From Clostridiales bacterium UBA4698 (GTDB lineage: Bacteria; Bacillota; Clostridia; TANB77; UBA1234), in the NCBI GenBank assembly GCA_002404755.1, contig DHKI01000032.1, positions 43,039 to 107,038 on the forward strand: a stretch of DNA of 64,000 nucleotides. The letters are read 5' to 3'. A program made the position numbers and the translations under genes. Of this stretch, positions 21,292 to 30,307 are shown piece after piece. The notes beneath the pieces were generated by a model, which saw nothing but the letters and a program-made list of their open reading frames with translations, had not been told where the DNA came from and did not search any database. Within the stretch, counting starts at the first letter, position 1; every line of letters begins with the position of its first letter.

Positions 21292-23106
21292 ATGGAAATT
21301 AGAAATGTAGCTATTATCGCCCATGTTGACCATGGCAAGACTACACTTGTAGATGCTTTATTAAAGCAATCTGGTACATTTAGAGCAAATGAGCATGTAG
21401 ATGAGCGTGTTATGGACTCAAATGCACTAGAAAAAGAAAGAGGAATCACTATACTTGCTAAAAACACAGCAGTTCATTATGGTGATTACAAAATCAATAT
21501 TATTGATACACCAGGACATGCTGACTTCGGTGGAGAAGTTGAGCGTGTTTTGAAAATGGTTGATGGTGTAATACTTCTTGTTGACGCATTTGAAGGCGTT
21601 ATGCCACAAACAAGATTTGTTTTGAGAAAAGCTTTAGCACTTAACTTAAAACCAATCGTTGTTTTAAACAAAATAGACAGACCAGGTGCAAGACCTAAGG
21701 CTGTGGTAGATGAAGTAATTGATTTATTCTTAGAGCTTGCAGCAAACGATGATCAATTAAACTTCCCGGTTATTTATGCTTCAGGAAAACAAGGTGTTGC
21801 TTCAATGGATCCTGATGTTCCAGGAACAGATATGAAGCCTATATTTGAAACAATAATCAATTATATAGGTGCTCCATGCGTTGATAAAAATAAACCATTC
21901 CAAATGCTTGTTTCAAGTATTGACTATGACAACTATGTTGGAAGAATAGCAATTGGTAGAGTTGAAAGAGGAAAGATTCTTCAAGGACAAAATGTTGCTG
22001 TATGTAGAAAAGACGGAAACATTCAAAACCTAAAGATAGGAAAAATATACACATATCAAGGCTTAAAGAGAATAGAAATTGACGAAGCTGATGCCGGTGA
22101 TATAGTTGCAGTTGTTGGTATTCCAGATATAAATATTGGTGAGACAATAGCTGATCCAAACGAACCAGAAGCAGTACCTTTCGTTGATATCGACGAACCT
22201 ACTCTAACAATGACATTTAGCGTTAATAACGGACCATTTGCAGGTAGAGAGGGCGAATTTGTTACATCAAGACACTTAAGAGATAGACTTATGAAAGAAC
22301 TTGAATCAAATGTAAGCTTGAGAGTTGAAGAAACAGATAGCCCAGATAGCTTTAAGGTTTCAGGAAGAGGAGAATTACATCTATCTGTTCTTATCGAAAC
22401 AATGAGAAGAGAAGGTTTTGAGTTTATGGTATCAAGACCATCTGTAATATATAAAGAAATCAATGGCGTAAAATGCGAACCAATGGAAGACTTAGTTATT
22501 GATGTTCCAGATGAATATACAGGTTCTGTTATCGAAAAATTAGGTGTAAGAAAAGCTGAAATGACAAACATGGTTGCAGGAAATCAAGGATATACAAGAC
22601 TTGAGTTCAAGATACCTGCAAGAGGATTGATTGGTTATAGAAGCGAATTCATGACTGATACAAAGGGAAACGGAATAATGAACCATGTATTTAATGGATA
22701 CGAACCTGCAAAAGGCGATATAGCTGCTAGAAATAAAGGTGTTCTAATAGCATTTGAAACAGGAAAATCAGTTACTTATGGACTATACAATGCACAAGAA
22801 AGAGGAACATTATTTATAGGAGCAGGTGTTGAAGTATATCAAGGTATGATAATAGGTGAAAACGCTAGACCAGATGATATGGAAGTAAACGTATGTAAAG
22901 AAAAACATCTAACAAATACTAGAGCATCAGGTAGTGATGATGCATTAAGACTAACACCACCAAGAGTTTTATCACTAGAACAAGCAATCGAATTTATCGC
23001 TGAAGATGAATTAGTAGAAGTTACACCACAAAATATAAGACTAAGAAAGAAAATACTAGATCCAACAGCTAGAATCCGCTGGATGAGAGCAAACGGATTG
23101 CTATAA
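21292..23106 (+). CDS. typA: Translational GTPase TypA/BipA
   Basis: Begins MEIRNVAIIAHVDHGKTTLVD with an AAAGGGGAA RBS; DTPGHADF and NKID motifs; EF-G-like domains. Confidence 0.95.
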   Translation: MEIRNVAIIAHVDHGKTTLVDALLKQSGTFRANEHVDERVMDSNALEKERGITILAKNTAVHYGDYKINIIDTPGHADFGGEVERVLKMVDGVILLVDAFEGVMPQTRFVLRKALALNLKPIVVLNKIDRPGARPKAVVDEVIDLFLELAANDDQLNFPVIYASGKQGVASMDPDVPGTDMKPIFETIINYIGAPCVDKNKPFQMLVSSIDYDNYVGRIAIGRVERGKILQGQNVAVCRKDGNIQNLKIGKIYTYQGLKRIEIDEADAGDIVAVVGIPDINIGETIADPNEPEAVPFVDIDEPTLTMTFSVNNGPFAGREGEFVTSRHLRDRLMKELESNVSLRVEETDSPDSFKVSGRGELHLSVLIETMRREGFEFMVSRPSVIYKEINGVKCEPMEDLVIDVPDEYTGSVIEKLGVRKAEMTNMVAGNQGYTRLEFKIPARGLIGYRSEFMTDTKGNGIMNHVFNGYEPAKGDIAARNKGVLIAFETGKSVTYGLYNAQERGTLFIGAGVEVYQGMIIGENARPDDMEVNVCKEKHLTNTRASGSDDALRLTPPRVLSLEQAIEFIAEDELVEVTPQNIRLRKKILDPTARIRWMRANGLL

Positions 23107-23113
23107 AATCAAG

Positions 23114-23156
23114 AAAGAATGTACTTAAATAAAAATGTTAGGTACATTCTTTTTCT
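23114..23156 (+). terminator. Rho-independent terminator of typA
   Basis: 11-bp stem aaagaatgtac / gtacattcttt, 17-nt loop, then ttttt. Confidence 0.6.
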
Positions 23157-23408
23157 TAATGTATGGAAAATATTGTTACAGTTTGAATTTATAAAAGTTA
23201 TATAATCGATTTTTATAGAAGTTTAGCCTTAATATCCGAAAAATCAATGATAAGGTATAATCCGAATGATTGGCTTGATGAATGAAAATATATCCTTTAC
23301 AAAATTGCAATGAAGTGATAATATAGTCAGCGTACATTTATGTTTGTTTAATGTGAAAAGTGTTTAAGAATTTTAACATGCAGAAACGCATTAGGAGGTA
23401 TAATAACA

Positions 23409-24197
23409 ATGAAGTACGAAAAAGAGATCAAGGTTTTAGACATCGACATTGAAACGACCATGTCAAATTTGCAAGTAATTGGAGCTGAATTTGTAGGTAA
23501 GAAAGAACAAAAAATTTATGTTTACGATGTTCCAACTTTGTATTATCGCTATCTTGAGATTTGTGAGCTTCTGAAAAGCTCGAATGAATTGATGGTGACT
23601 ACAAATATTGGGAAATTAAAAGTGCTTTTGGAAGAGTTTGTCGACTTAATTCCTGAAGGTGATTTGATAGGTTTGACGGTCGAGTTAGGTGTGAAAGACA
23701 TTAGAGAAATTTTGAAACTTCCTGTAGAAAAAATGCTTGAAAAAATTCAAGGAAGAGCTTTCTTTGAAAAAATTAGTTCATACAAGATTAATCCAAACAA
23801 ATGGATTAGACTTAGAAAAAGCAATGAAAAAGTTGAACTTACAACAAAGCACATATTTAACAAAAAGGAAATGAAGGTTCAGGCTGTAGAGGAAAGAGAG
23901 ATAACCACATCTTCTTTTGAAGAAACTAACAGTATTCTTGAAAGTATAGGCATTGTTAAGAAAAGTTATCAAGAAAAAATTAGGTATAGTTACGAATTAG
24001 ATGGAGCTAATATCGAGATTGACTTGTGGCCATTACTTAACCCATATCTGGAGATTGAGTGTGATGATGTAAGTGTGATTGAAAGCATTATTACTAGATT
24101 AGGACTTACTGATAAAGAAATCGTTTCTATTAATACTCAGCAGTTATATCGTAGAATAGGTATTGATTTGCAAAAAACACCGGAACTTAAGTTTTAA
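23409..24197 (+). CDS. CYTH-domain protein (triphosphate tunnel metalloenzyme / CyaB-ThTPase family)
   Basis: N-terminal EIKVLDIDIE...LQVIGAEFVGKKEQKIYVYDVP matches the CYTH EIE...Q.D.YFD pattern. C-terminal YELDGANIEIDLWPLLNPYLEIECDD matches the terminal beta-strands with the ExE motif. Confidence 0.5.
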   Translation: MKYEKEIKVLDIDIETTMSNLQVIGAEFVGKKEQKIYVYDVPTLYYRYLEICELLKSSNELMVTTNIGKLKVLLEEFVDLIPEGDLIGLTVELGVKDIREILKLPVEKMLEKIQGRAFFEKISSYKINPNKWIRLRKSNEKVELTTKHIFNKKEMKVQAVEEREITTSSFEETNSILESIGIVKKSYQEKIRYSYELDGANIEIDLWPLLNPYLEIECDDVSVIESIITRLGLTDKEIVSINTQQLYRRIGIDLQKTPELKF

Positions 24198-24314
24198 CCT
24201 TTAAAAAAGGGTATTTCATAAAAAGTGACAGTTTAAATTAAATTGACACAGAAAAAGGGATATGAGGCTACATTAAATTGTAGTCTCAATTTATTTTATA
24301 ATGGAGGTACGGTA

Positions 24315-24866
24315 ATGGATAATATTAATTTAAATTTATATAAAATTTTTTATATAGTTGCTAATTCTAAAAGCTTTGTAGAGGCATCTAATAAATTATA
24401 TATTTCACAACCAGCAATAAGTAAAGATATAAAAACATTAGAGTCTATAATGAATACAAAATTGGTTTATAGAAAAAATAATGGAATAACTTTAACTAGA
24501 GATGGAGAAGAGTTTGTTAAATATCTGGAGGAATCATTTGGTATATTAAATGTAGGAGAGAAGATAATAAAACAAAGAAATGATTTATCAAGTGGAAATA
24601 TATCTATTGGTTGTCCTTCTCATATATCATCACTTTTTTTGATGGAAAAAATAGAAGAGTTTAAAAAGGACTTTTCAAATATTAGAATTCGATTATGAGT
24701 GGGTCAAGCGAACAATTAATGAAAATGTTACAATTGCACAAAGTTGATTTTATAATAGATACTTCTCACAATACAAGTATATATAATAATTTAAAGATAA
24801 AACATATAAAGGAATTTGATACAATCTTTATTTCAAACCAAAAAAGAAAAAACGAACGCAGATAAG
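24315..24866 (+). pseudogene. LysR-family transcriptional regulator, frameshifted and C-terminally truncated
   Basis: wHTH NLYKIFYIVANSKSFVEASNKLYISQPAISKDIKTLE. The reading frame ends at 24698 (IRIRL*). The substrate-binding-domain sequence SIMSGSSEQLMKMLQLHKVDFIIDTS continues in the +2 frame and stops at 24866, about 100 aa short of a full-length LysR. The junction lies in aattcgatt. Confidence 0.6.
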
Positions 24867-24894
24867 AAATTAATAAGAGAATATTTAGAAAAAT

Positions 24895-24934
24895 AATATA
24901 GATATAACTTCAAGTTATATCTATATTATTTTTT
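24895..24934 (+). terminator. Rho-independent terminator
   Basis: Perfect 13-bp stem atatagatataac / gttatatctatat, 5-nt loop, then tattttttt. Confidence 0.65.
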
Positions 24935-24998
24935 TGTATTTGTTTGTTTTTATTATGCATTATAAAATCACATAAAAATATATTAAAGGAGGAAATGT

Positions 24999-25620
24999 AT
25001 GAAAATTGCAATTGAAGGAATGGATGGTGTGGGGAAGACGACAATTGCTAAAAAACTAGCAGGTGATTTAGACTTCATGTATGTAGATAAACCTCTTCAT
25101 TATTTGTTAGATGGAACAGAAACTGAAACATATATGAAGTTAAATAATATTTTGAAAAAAATGTACAATTTGGATGATTCTGTGATTAAAGCTTGGATGA
25201 TAGGGTTAGGCAATTTATATAGTTGTAGATATTTCAAAAATGAAAATGTTATTTTAGACAGGCATTTAGTTTCAAATTATTTTTGGAATGGAAGTAAAGA
25301 AAGTAACATCGTTTTTTAGAGCCTTGATAGATTTAATTGGAGTGCCTGATATGACAATTCTTTTATATGCTTCAACCAAAACGCGTCAAGAACGATTAGC
25401 ATTAAGAGATAATAAGGATAGAGACCTTTTTGATCCAGAAATATTAGTTGAAGGATATGAGAAAATGAAAAAATTTTTGGAAGAATTTAATATACCATAT
25501 ATTCCAATAAATACTGAAAATAAAACTTTGGAAGATGTATACAGTACTGTTTACCAAGAAGTTGAAAAAATCATGAGAAAGGAGAAACAGGAACATGGAA
25601 TTGTTGAGCCCAGCAGGTAA
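24999..25620 (+). pseudogene. P-loop (deoxy)nucleoside / thymidylate kinase-like NMP kinase, split by a frameshift at the T6 run 25312-25317
   Basis: Walker A IAIEGMDGVGKTTIAKKL (dNK/Tmk-type) and DRHLVSNYFW are in frame 1; the lid region FFRALIDLIGVPDMTILLYAST..RQERLALR is in frame 2. Removing one T from gttttttag restores NIVFRALIDL. Confidence 0.6.
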
Positions 25621-27706
25621 TTTAAAACATATTGATTTAGCAATAAATAAAAAAGTAGATGCTGTATATGGAGGTTTAAAAGAATGGAATGCTAGAAACA
25701 AAGCCGTAAACTTTTCAATAGAACAATATAATGAAGTAGTAAAAAGATTACATACTCATGGTATAAAATTTTACATGACATTAAATACCTTAGTGTTTGA
25801 TGAAGAAATTGAAGAGATATTATGTTTTTTAGAAAAAGATGATACTGTATTACCAGATGCTTTTATTATTGCAGATTTAGGTTTAATTCAAAGAATTAAA
25901 GAAAGTTTTCCTAATGTAGCATTGCATTTTTCAACACAATTTGGAATTCATAATATATCCGATGTTAAATTTGTTGAGAGCTTATCTTGTGAAAGGGCTA
26001 TATTAGCCAGAGAACTAACAGCAAATGAAATAAATAATATAAAAAATAATACAGAATTAGAAATAGAAAATTTTGTATGGGGGTCGCAATGTATAAGTTT
26101 TTCTGGAATGTGTTTTTTTGGTTCATTAATTAATTGTGGTAATGGTAATAGAGGGAAATGTATTATAACATGTAGAGATATATATCAAATCGGGGATGAA
26201 AAGGGGCATTTTTTATATGTTCCGGACTTGGATTGTACGGCAATGCTTTCAGTTTTAGAAAAAATGAATATTGATTGTATCAAGTTAGAGGGAAGAAGAA
26301 GAGCGGTAGAAGAATTGTCAAATATTATAGATAATATACAAAAACAACAATATAATACTGAACAAAATGGATATATATATGGAGAAAAAGTAGGAAAAAA
26401 TAAACTTTATGAAAAAATTAATAAGAGAATAAAGCCAATTTGCAATGTAAGAGAATTAAAAAATATATCTGAATATGATGTTTTTATAAAATATAACGAG
26501 GGTACTCCTGAAGAATTTATAACTGAAAATATCGAAAGTTACAATAAAGAAGATATATATTATGTTTTTTCAGAATATAAAAAAGATTTTAAATTTGATA
26601 AGAAAAATATTTCTATTGATTTAAAAATTGAAGGAGATGTAGTAACCAGTTTATTATATGTTAATTCAAATGGAGAAGGAGAGAATTTTAATGATATACA
26701 AGAAAGTGGATATGTACCATTTGAATTAAAAAGATTTGTTAAAGACATAAATATTATTAATGAGAATATTAACTTATATAAAGTAAAATATATTAGAAAT
26801 CAAGAGGATAATTATAAAATTAGTGTGAACTTGTATAATAAAATATTGGAATATATAAAAAATGATAACTTGATGAATAAAAAGAAAAAGCAAGATATAA
26901 ATAAAAAATTTAGAGTAGAAGAGTTATATGTAGAAACAGATAGATTAGATTATGCATTAGAATTAAAACAAATCTCACAAGTTAAAATTATTTATAATAT
27001 AGCTTCAATAGAAAATTTGAAAATAGTAAAAAGACTTATATCTGAATTAGGAAACGATGTAATATATAAATTACTCTTATTTAATTTTAAAAGTGTAAGT
27101 TTATTGGAGTATTATAAAGAACTTGAAAGTTATCCAGTAATGTTTACTAGACTATCGCAAATATATGAAACAAAAGATTTAAAGTTTAGTAAGAAATATA
27201 TAGATTATACTATTTATGCATGGAATATGGATACTATAAAATTTCTAAAGAAGTACGGCATCGATGAATTTACGGCCTCTCCTGAATTAAGTTATGCGAA
27301 AAATAATAAAATTTTTAATGGGAATACAGTTCAATATATAATTGCAGGCAAGTTACCATTAGTATATACGAGACAATGTTTTTCACATTTATATGGTTGT
27401 GAGAATTGTATAAAAAATAAAAAAACAGAAAAAGAGCTTATTAATGTTGATAAAAATATTAAATTTAAAATTATTTGTAAGGACGATTATAGGATGATTA
27501 TTGCAGATACTCCTATGTTGAATAACTTTCAATACTTTAATAATTGTAATTCAATAAAATTTAGGTATGTAACAACAGATCAAGAAATAGATGAAATAAT
27601 AAAGACAATAAATACTATAAAAGAAGAAAATTATTACGAAAAGTTAAAGAATATGAAATTGTGGAAAGATTCTTATGAAGGAAACATTTTGGAAAGTAGG
27701 TGCTAA
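25595..27706 (+). CDS. Peptidase U32-family protein (Fe-S, O2-independent hydroxylase / collagenase-like family) with a roughly 430-aa extremely AT-rich C-terminal extension
   Basis: MELLSPAGNLKHIDLAINKKVDAVYGG ... CISFSGMCFFGSLINCGNGNRGKCIITCRD is the canonical U32 signature with its Cys cluster. A second CxxC pair occurs near the C-terminus (YTRQCFSHLYGCENC). Confidence 0.7.
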   Translation: MELLSPAGNLKHIDLAINKKVDAVYGGLKEWNARNKAVNFSIEQYNEVVKRLHTHGIKFYMTLNTLVFDEEIEEILCFLEKDDTVLPDAFIIADLGLIQRIKESFPNVALHFSTQFGIHNISDVKFVESLSCERAILARELTANEINNIKNNTELEIENFVWGSQCISFSGMCFFGSLINCGNGNRGKCIITCRDIYQIGDEKGHFLYVPDLDCTAMLSVLEKMNIDCIKLEGRRRAVEELSNIIDNIQKQQYNTEQNGYIYGEKVGKNKLYEKINKRIKPICNVRELKNISEYDVFIKYNEGTPEEFITENIESYNKEDIYYVFSEYKKDFKFDKKNISIDLKIEGDVVTSLLYVNSNGEGENFNDIQESGYVPFELKRFVKDINIINENINLYKVKYIRNQEDNYKISVNLYNKILEYIKNDNLMNKKKKQDINKKFRVEELYVETDRLDYALELKQISQVKIIYNIASIENLKIVKRLISELGNDVIYKLLLFNFKSVSLLEYYKELESYPVMFTRLSQIYETKDLKFSKKYIDYTIYAWNMDTIKFLKKYGIDEFTASPELSYAKNNKIFNGNTVQYIIAGKLPLVYTRQCFSHLYGCENCIKNKKTEKELINVDKNIKFKIICKDDYRMIIADTPMLNNFQYFNNCNSIKFRYVTTDQEIDEIIKTINTIKEENYYEKLKNMKLWKDSYEGNILESRC

Positions 27707-27712
27707 TAAATA

Positions 27713-28423
27713 ATGAGAACGAAAAGTATATGGGGAAACCCTCCAACAAGACTATATAAATTAATAAATTTAGCGGAAAGGGATTTTAGTAATAAATTTA
27801 CTGCTTGTATAGTAGGATGTTCGGACGGAAAGTTTTTAATGCCATTTGCGAGAAAAGGTTATTTAGTAACAGGATATGATATAGATGAGATTGCATTATA
27901 TGGTGGTGAAAAGGATTTCCCGATTGTAAATGATAAAATAAAGTATACATATAATAAAAATTTTAAATCAAACGATTATGAATTAGAAAGAAAACGTGTT
28001 TTAGGTATAGTTGAAAGATTGGAAAAAGAAAATTTATCAAATAATGCAATTATTGAAAAGAGAGATTTTTACAAAAATATTCCGAACGAAAAATTTGATG
28101 TAGTTTTTACAAGTTGCTCATTACATTATACTGTGAATAAAGAGTTTACATTAAAGGATAAAGTAGAAAAATTACAATCAATTGTTTCAAAAAATGTTTT
28201 TTTGTATATTGATTATATGATGGCAATTGATGAGGAAGATAGTATAAATTATCCTAAAAATAAGTTCTTTAGAAAAGGCGAAATTAAAAATTATTTTGAT
28301 GATAATTGGAAAATTATTTCCGTTATAGAAAATAATACGCCTTCTTTTGAAGGTGCTCATGTTGATTGCGTAAAAGATCATTTTCATAGATTTGGATATG
28401 TGTTAGCTAAAAAAGTAAAATAG
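27713..28423 (+). CDS. TehB-like class I SAM-dependent methyltransferase
   Basis: Motif I ACIVGCSDGKFLMPFARKGYLVTGYDID. The C-terminal FRKGEIKNYFDDNWKII...RFGYVLAKKV parallels the TehB C-terminus (FKEGELRRYYEGW...LRFATMLARK). Confidence 0.6.
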   Translation: MRTKSIWGNPPTRLYKLINLAERDFSNKFTACIVGCSDGKFLMPFARKGYLVTGYDIDEIALYGGEKDFPIVNDKIKYTYNKNFKSNDYELERKRVLGIVERLEKENLSNNAIIEKRDFYKNIPNEKFDVVFTSCSLHYTVNKEFTLKDKVEKLQSIVSKNVFLYIDYMMAIDEEDSINYPKNKFFRKGEIKNYFDDNWKIISVIENNTPSFEGAHVDCVKDHFHRFGYVLAKKVK

Positions 28424-28435
28424 GAGGAAAATAAA

Positions 28436-29206
28436 ATGCAAAAAAAAGAAATATGCTGGAATATAACAACAAGATGCAATCAAGATTGTAAATATTGTCA
28501 CAGATTTTTGAATGTTAAAGAGTTGCCATTTGAAAAAAGTGAAAAGATTTTAGATAATTTAGTAAAAGATAAAATTACAGATATTACTTGGACAGGTGGA
28601 GAAGCATTAATATATGAAAATATAGATAAGTTAATTGAAAAAGCGTATAAAAGCGGGATAAAAAATAAGCTAATAACAAATGGAAAAATTCTGGCAAAGG
28701 GTGATATGCATATTATTAAGTATTTAGATAGCTTAACATTATCAATAGATTCTAATAATAATCAAATAAATGAAAAACTTGGTAGAGGAAAAAATCACTT
28801 TATAAATATTAAATATATATTAGATTACATTAAGGAAAATAATATTAATATAAAGTTAAGAATTAATACTGTTGCAAATAAGCTAAATATTAAAAATATG
28901 AGTGAATTAATGACTTTTTTAAATGAATACAATATTTATGCTTGGAGGATATTCAGATTTATGCCATTAAGGGAAACTGCAATAAAAAACAAAGAACAAT
29001 TTGAAATTTCCGATGAAGAATTTGAATCTATAAAGGTCAAAAGTAAAAAAGAGAGTAATATAAAAAGAATAGAATTTCGTCAAGAAAAAGATATGGAACA
29101 AAAGTATGTATTGTTAGTTGCAAATGGTGATATAGTTGTAACTGAAAATGGAAAAGATTTAAAAAAAGGAAATGCTTTGTTTGATAGTGTATCAAAATAT
29201 ATGTAA
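28436..29206 (+). CDS. Radical SAM enzyme of the viperin-like family (candidate prokaryotic viperin / nucleotide-modifying radical SAM)
   Basis: CNQDCKYC is a CxxxCxxC cluster in the context [17 protein letters not shown] (viperin: NYHFTRQCNYKCGFCFH). Other segments align with human viperin: [32 protein letters not shown] ([19 protein letters not shown]), [16 protein letters not shown] ([14 protein letters not shown]), [10 protein letters not shown] (RWKVFQCLLI) and EISDEEFES (VIGDEEFER). Confidence 0.7.
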   Translation: [256 protein letters not shown]

Positions 29207-29218
29207 AGGAGAAAAGCT

Positions 29219-30055
29219 ATGAGTAATGAAACTCCAAATCTTATAATAATAGGAAATATAGCATATGATGTAATTGATTTTGGCAAAGTTTTTGATGACA
29301 GAGAACAAATTGATGAAATTGGAGGAGCTTGTGTATTTTCAGCTATTCCTGCTAGTTTTTTTAACAGGGTAGGTGTGGTTGCTAAAATTGGTGAAGACTT
29401 TGACCTTTCTAAATTTTATAATTATAATATTGATTTGTCAGGAATAAAAAGATTGAATCTTCCAACAACTAAATTTTATACTATATGGAATACAATTGAT
29501 GGTCAAAATAGAACTATTATTGGTGAGGTGCAGCCTGATATGGAAGTTGGTGCTAGTGATATACCGGAAAAATTCTTAAAAGCGAAACATTTTCATTTGA
29601 CTACGGCCAATCCTTTGAAACAACTAGAGATAATTAATTATTTGAGAAAGAAAACAACGGCAACAATTAGTGCAGATACAATTGATTGTTACGCCAAACA
29701 ACCAGAATGCAAAATGGTTTTTGATAATGTTGATATAGCTTTTATAGATAAAGAGTATACCAATTTATTGGATTGTAAAGCACGAATTAAGATTATAAAA
29801 TATGGTAAAGAAGGTTGCTTATATTATTCAAGTAAAAAAAGTTTTCCTGTTTATGCAAATGTAATAGAAAATGTTGTAGACAAAACGGGAGCAGGAGATT
29901 GTTTAAATGGAGTTTTTTTGAATTTATTAATTAATGGGCAAAACGAAATTAAAGCATTAACTACAGCTGTAAATATAGCCACAGAATCAATAAAGAATAG
30001 AGGAATAATGAGTTTGAAAATACCATCTAATGTAAAATATGATGTGGAAATATAA
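29219..30055 (+). CDS. PfkB-family (ribokinase-like) sugar/nucleoside kinase
   Basis: N-terminal IGNIAYDVI..GGA and C-terminal anion-hole motif DKTGAGDCLNG. Confidence 0.75.
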   Translation: MSNETPNLIIIGNIAYDVIDFGKVFDDREQIDEIGGACVFSAIPASFFNRVGVVAKIGEDFDLSKFYNYNIDLSGIKRLNLPTTKFYTIWNTIDGQNRTIIGEVQPDMEVGASDIPEKFLKAKHFHLTTANPLKQLEIINYLRKKTTATISADTIDCYAKQPECKMVFDNVDIAFIDKEYTNLLDCKARIKIIKYGKEGCLYYSSKKSFPVYANVIENVVDKTGAGDCLNGVFLNLLINGQNEIKALTTAVNIATESIKNRGIMSLKIPSNVKYDVEI

Positions 30056-30307
30056 AAATACAAAGTTGAAATGCATGTTTTGTAAATGAGAGCCCAAAAT
30101 AAATATGTTAATGACAAAATTGAATATACGAAGCTGATGAGGGTGCAAGTTAGAATACTTACACCTCAATGTTTTTTAAAAAGGTCATTACACATAATGT
30201 GAGGCTTAAATCAAAAAAAGATAAGAGACTTTGCCTCAAAATATAATTTTGAAATGATGTGGATGAGTTTATATGGAACTTTATTTGGTATATTTAGGAG
30301 GAGTAAT

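Noticed and set aside
26300-27706. Possible separate gene in the AT-rich 3' half of the U32 ORF
   Set aside because: The reading frame is continuous from the U32 domain with no internal RBS/start pattern. I treated it as a C-terminal extension, which needs confirmation.
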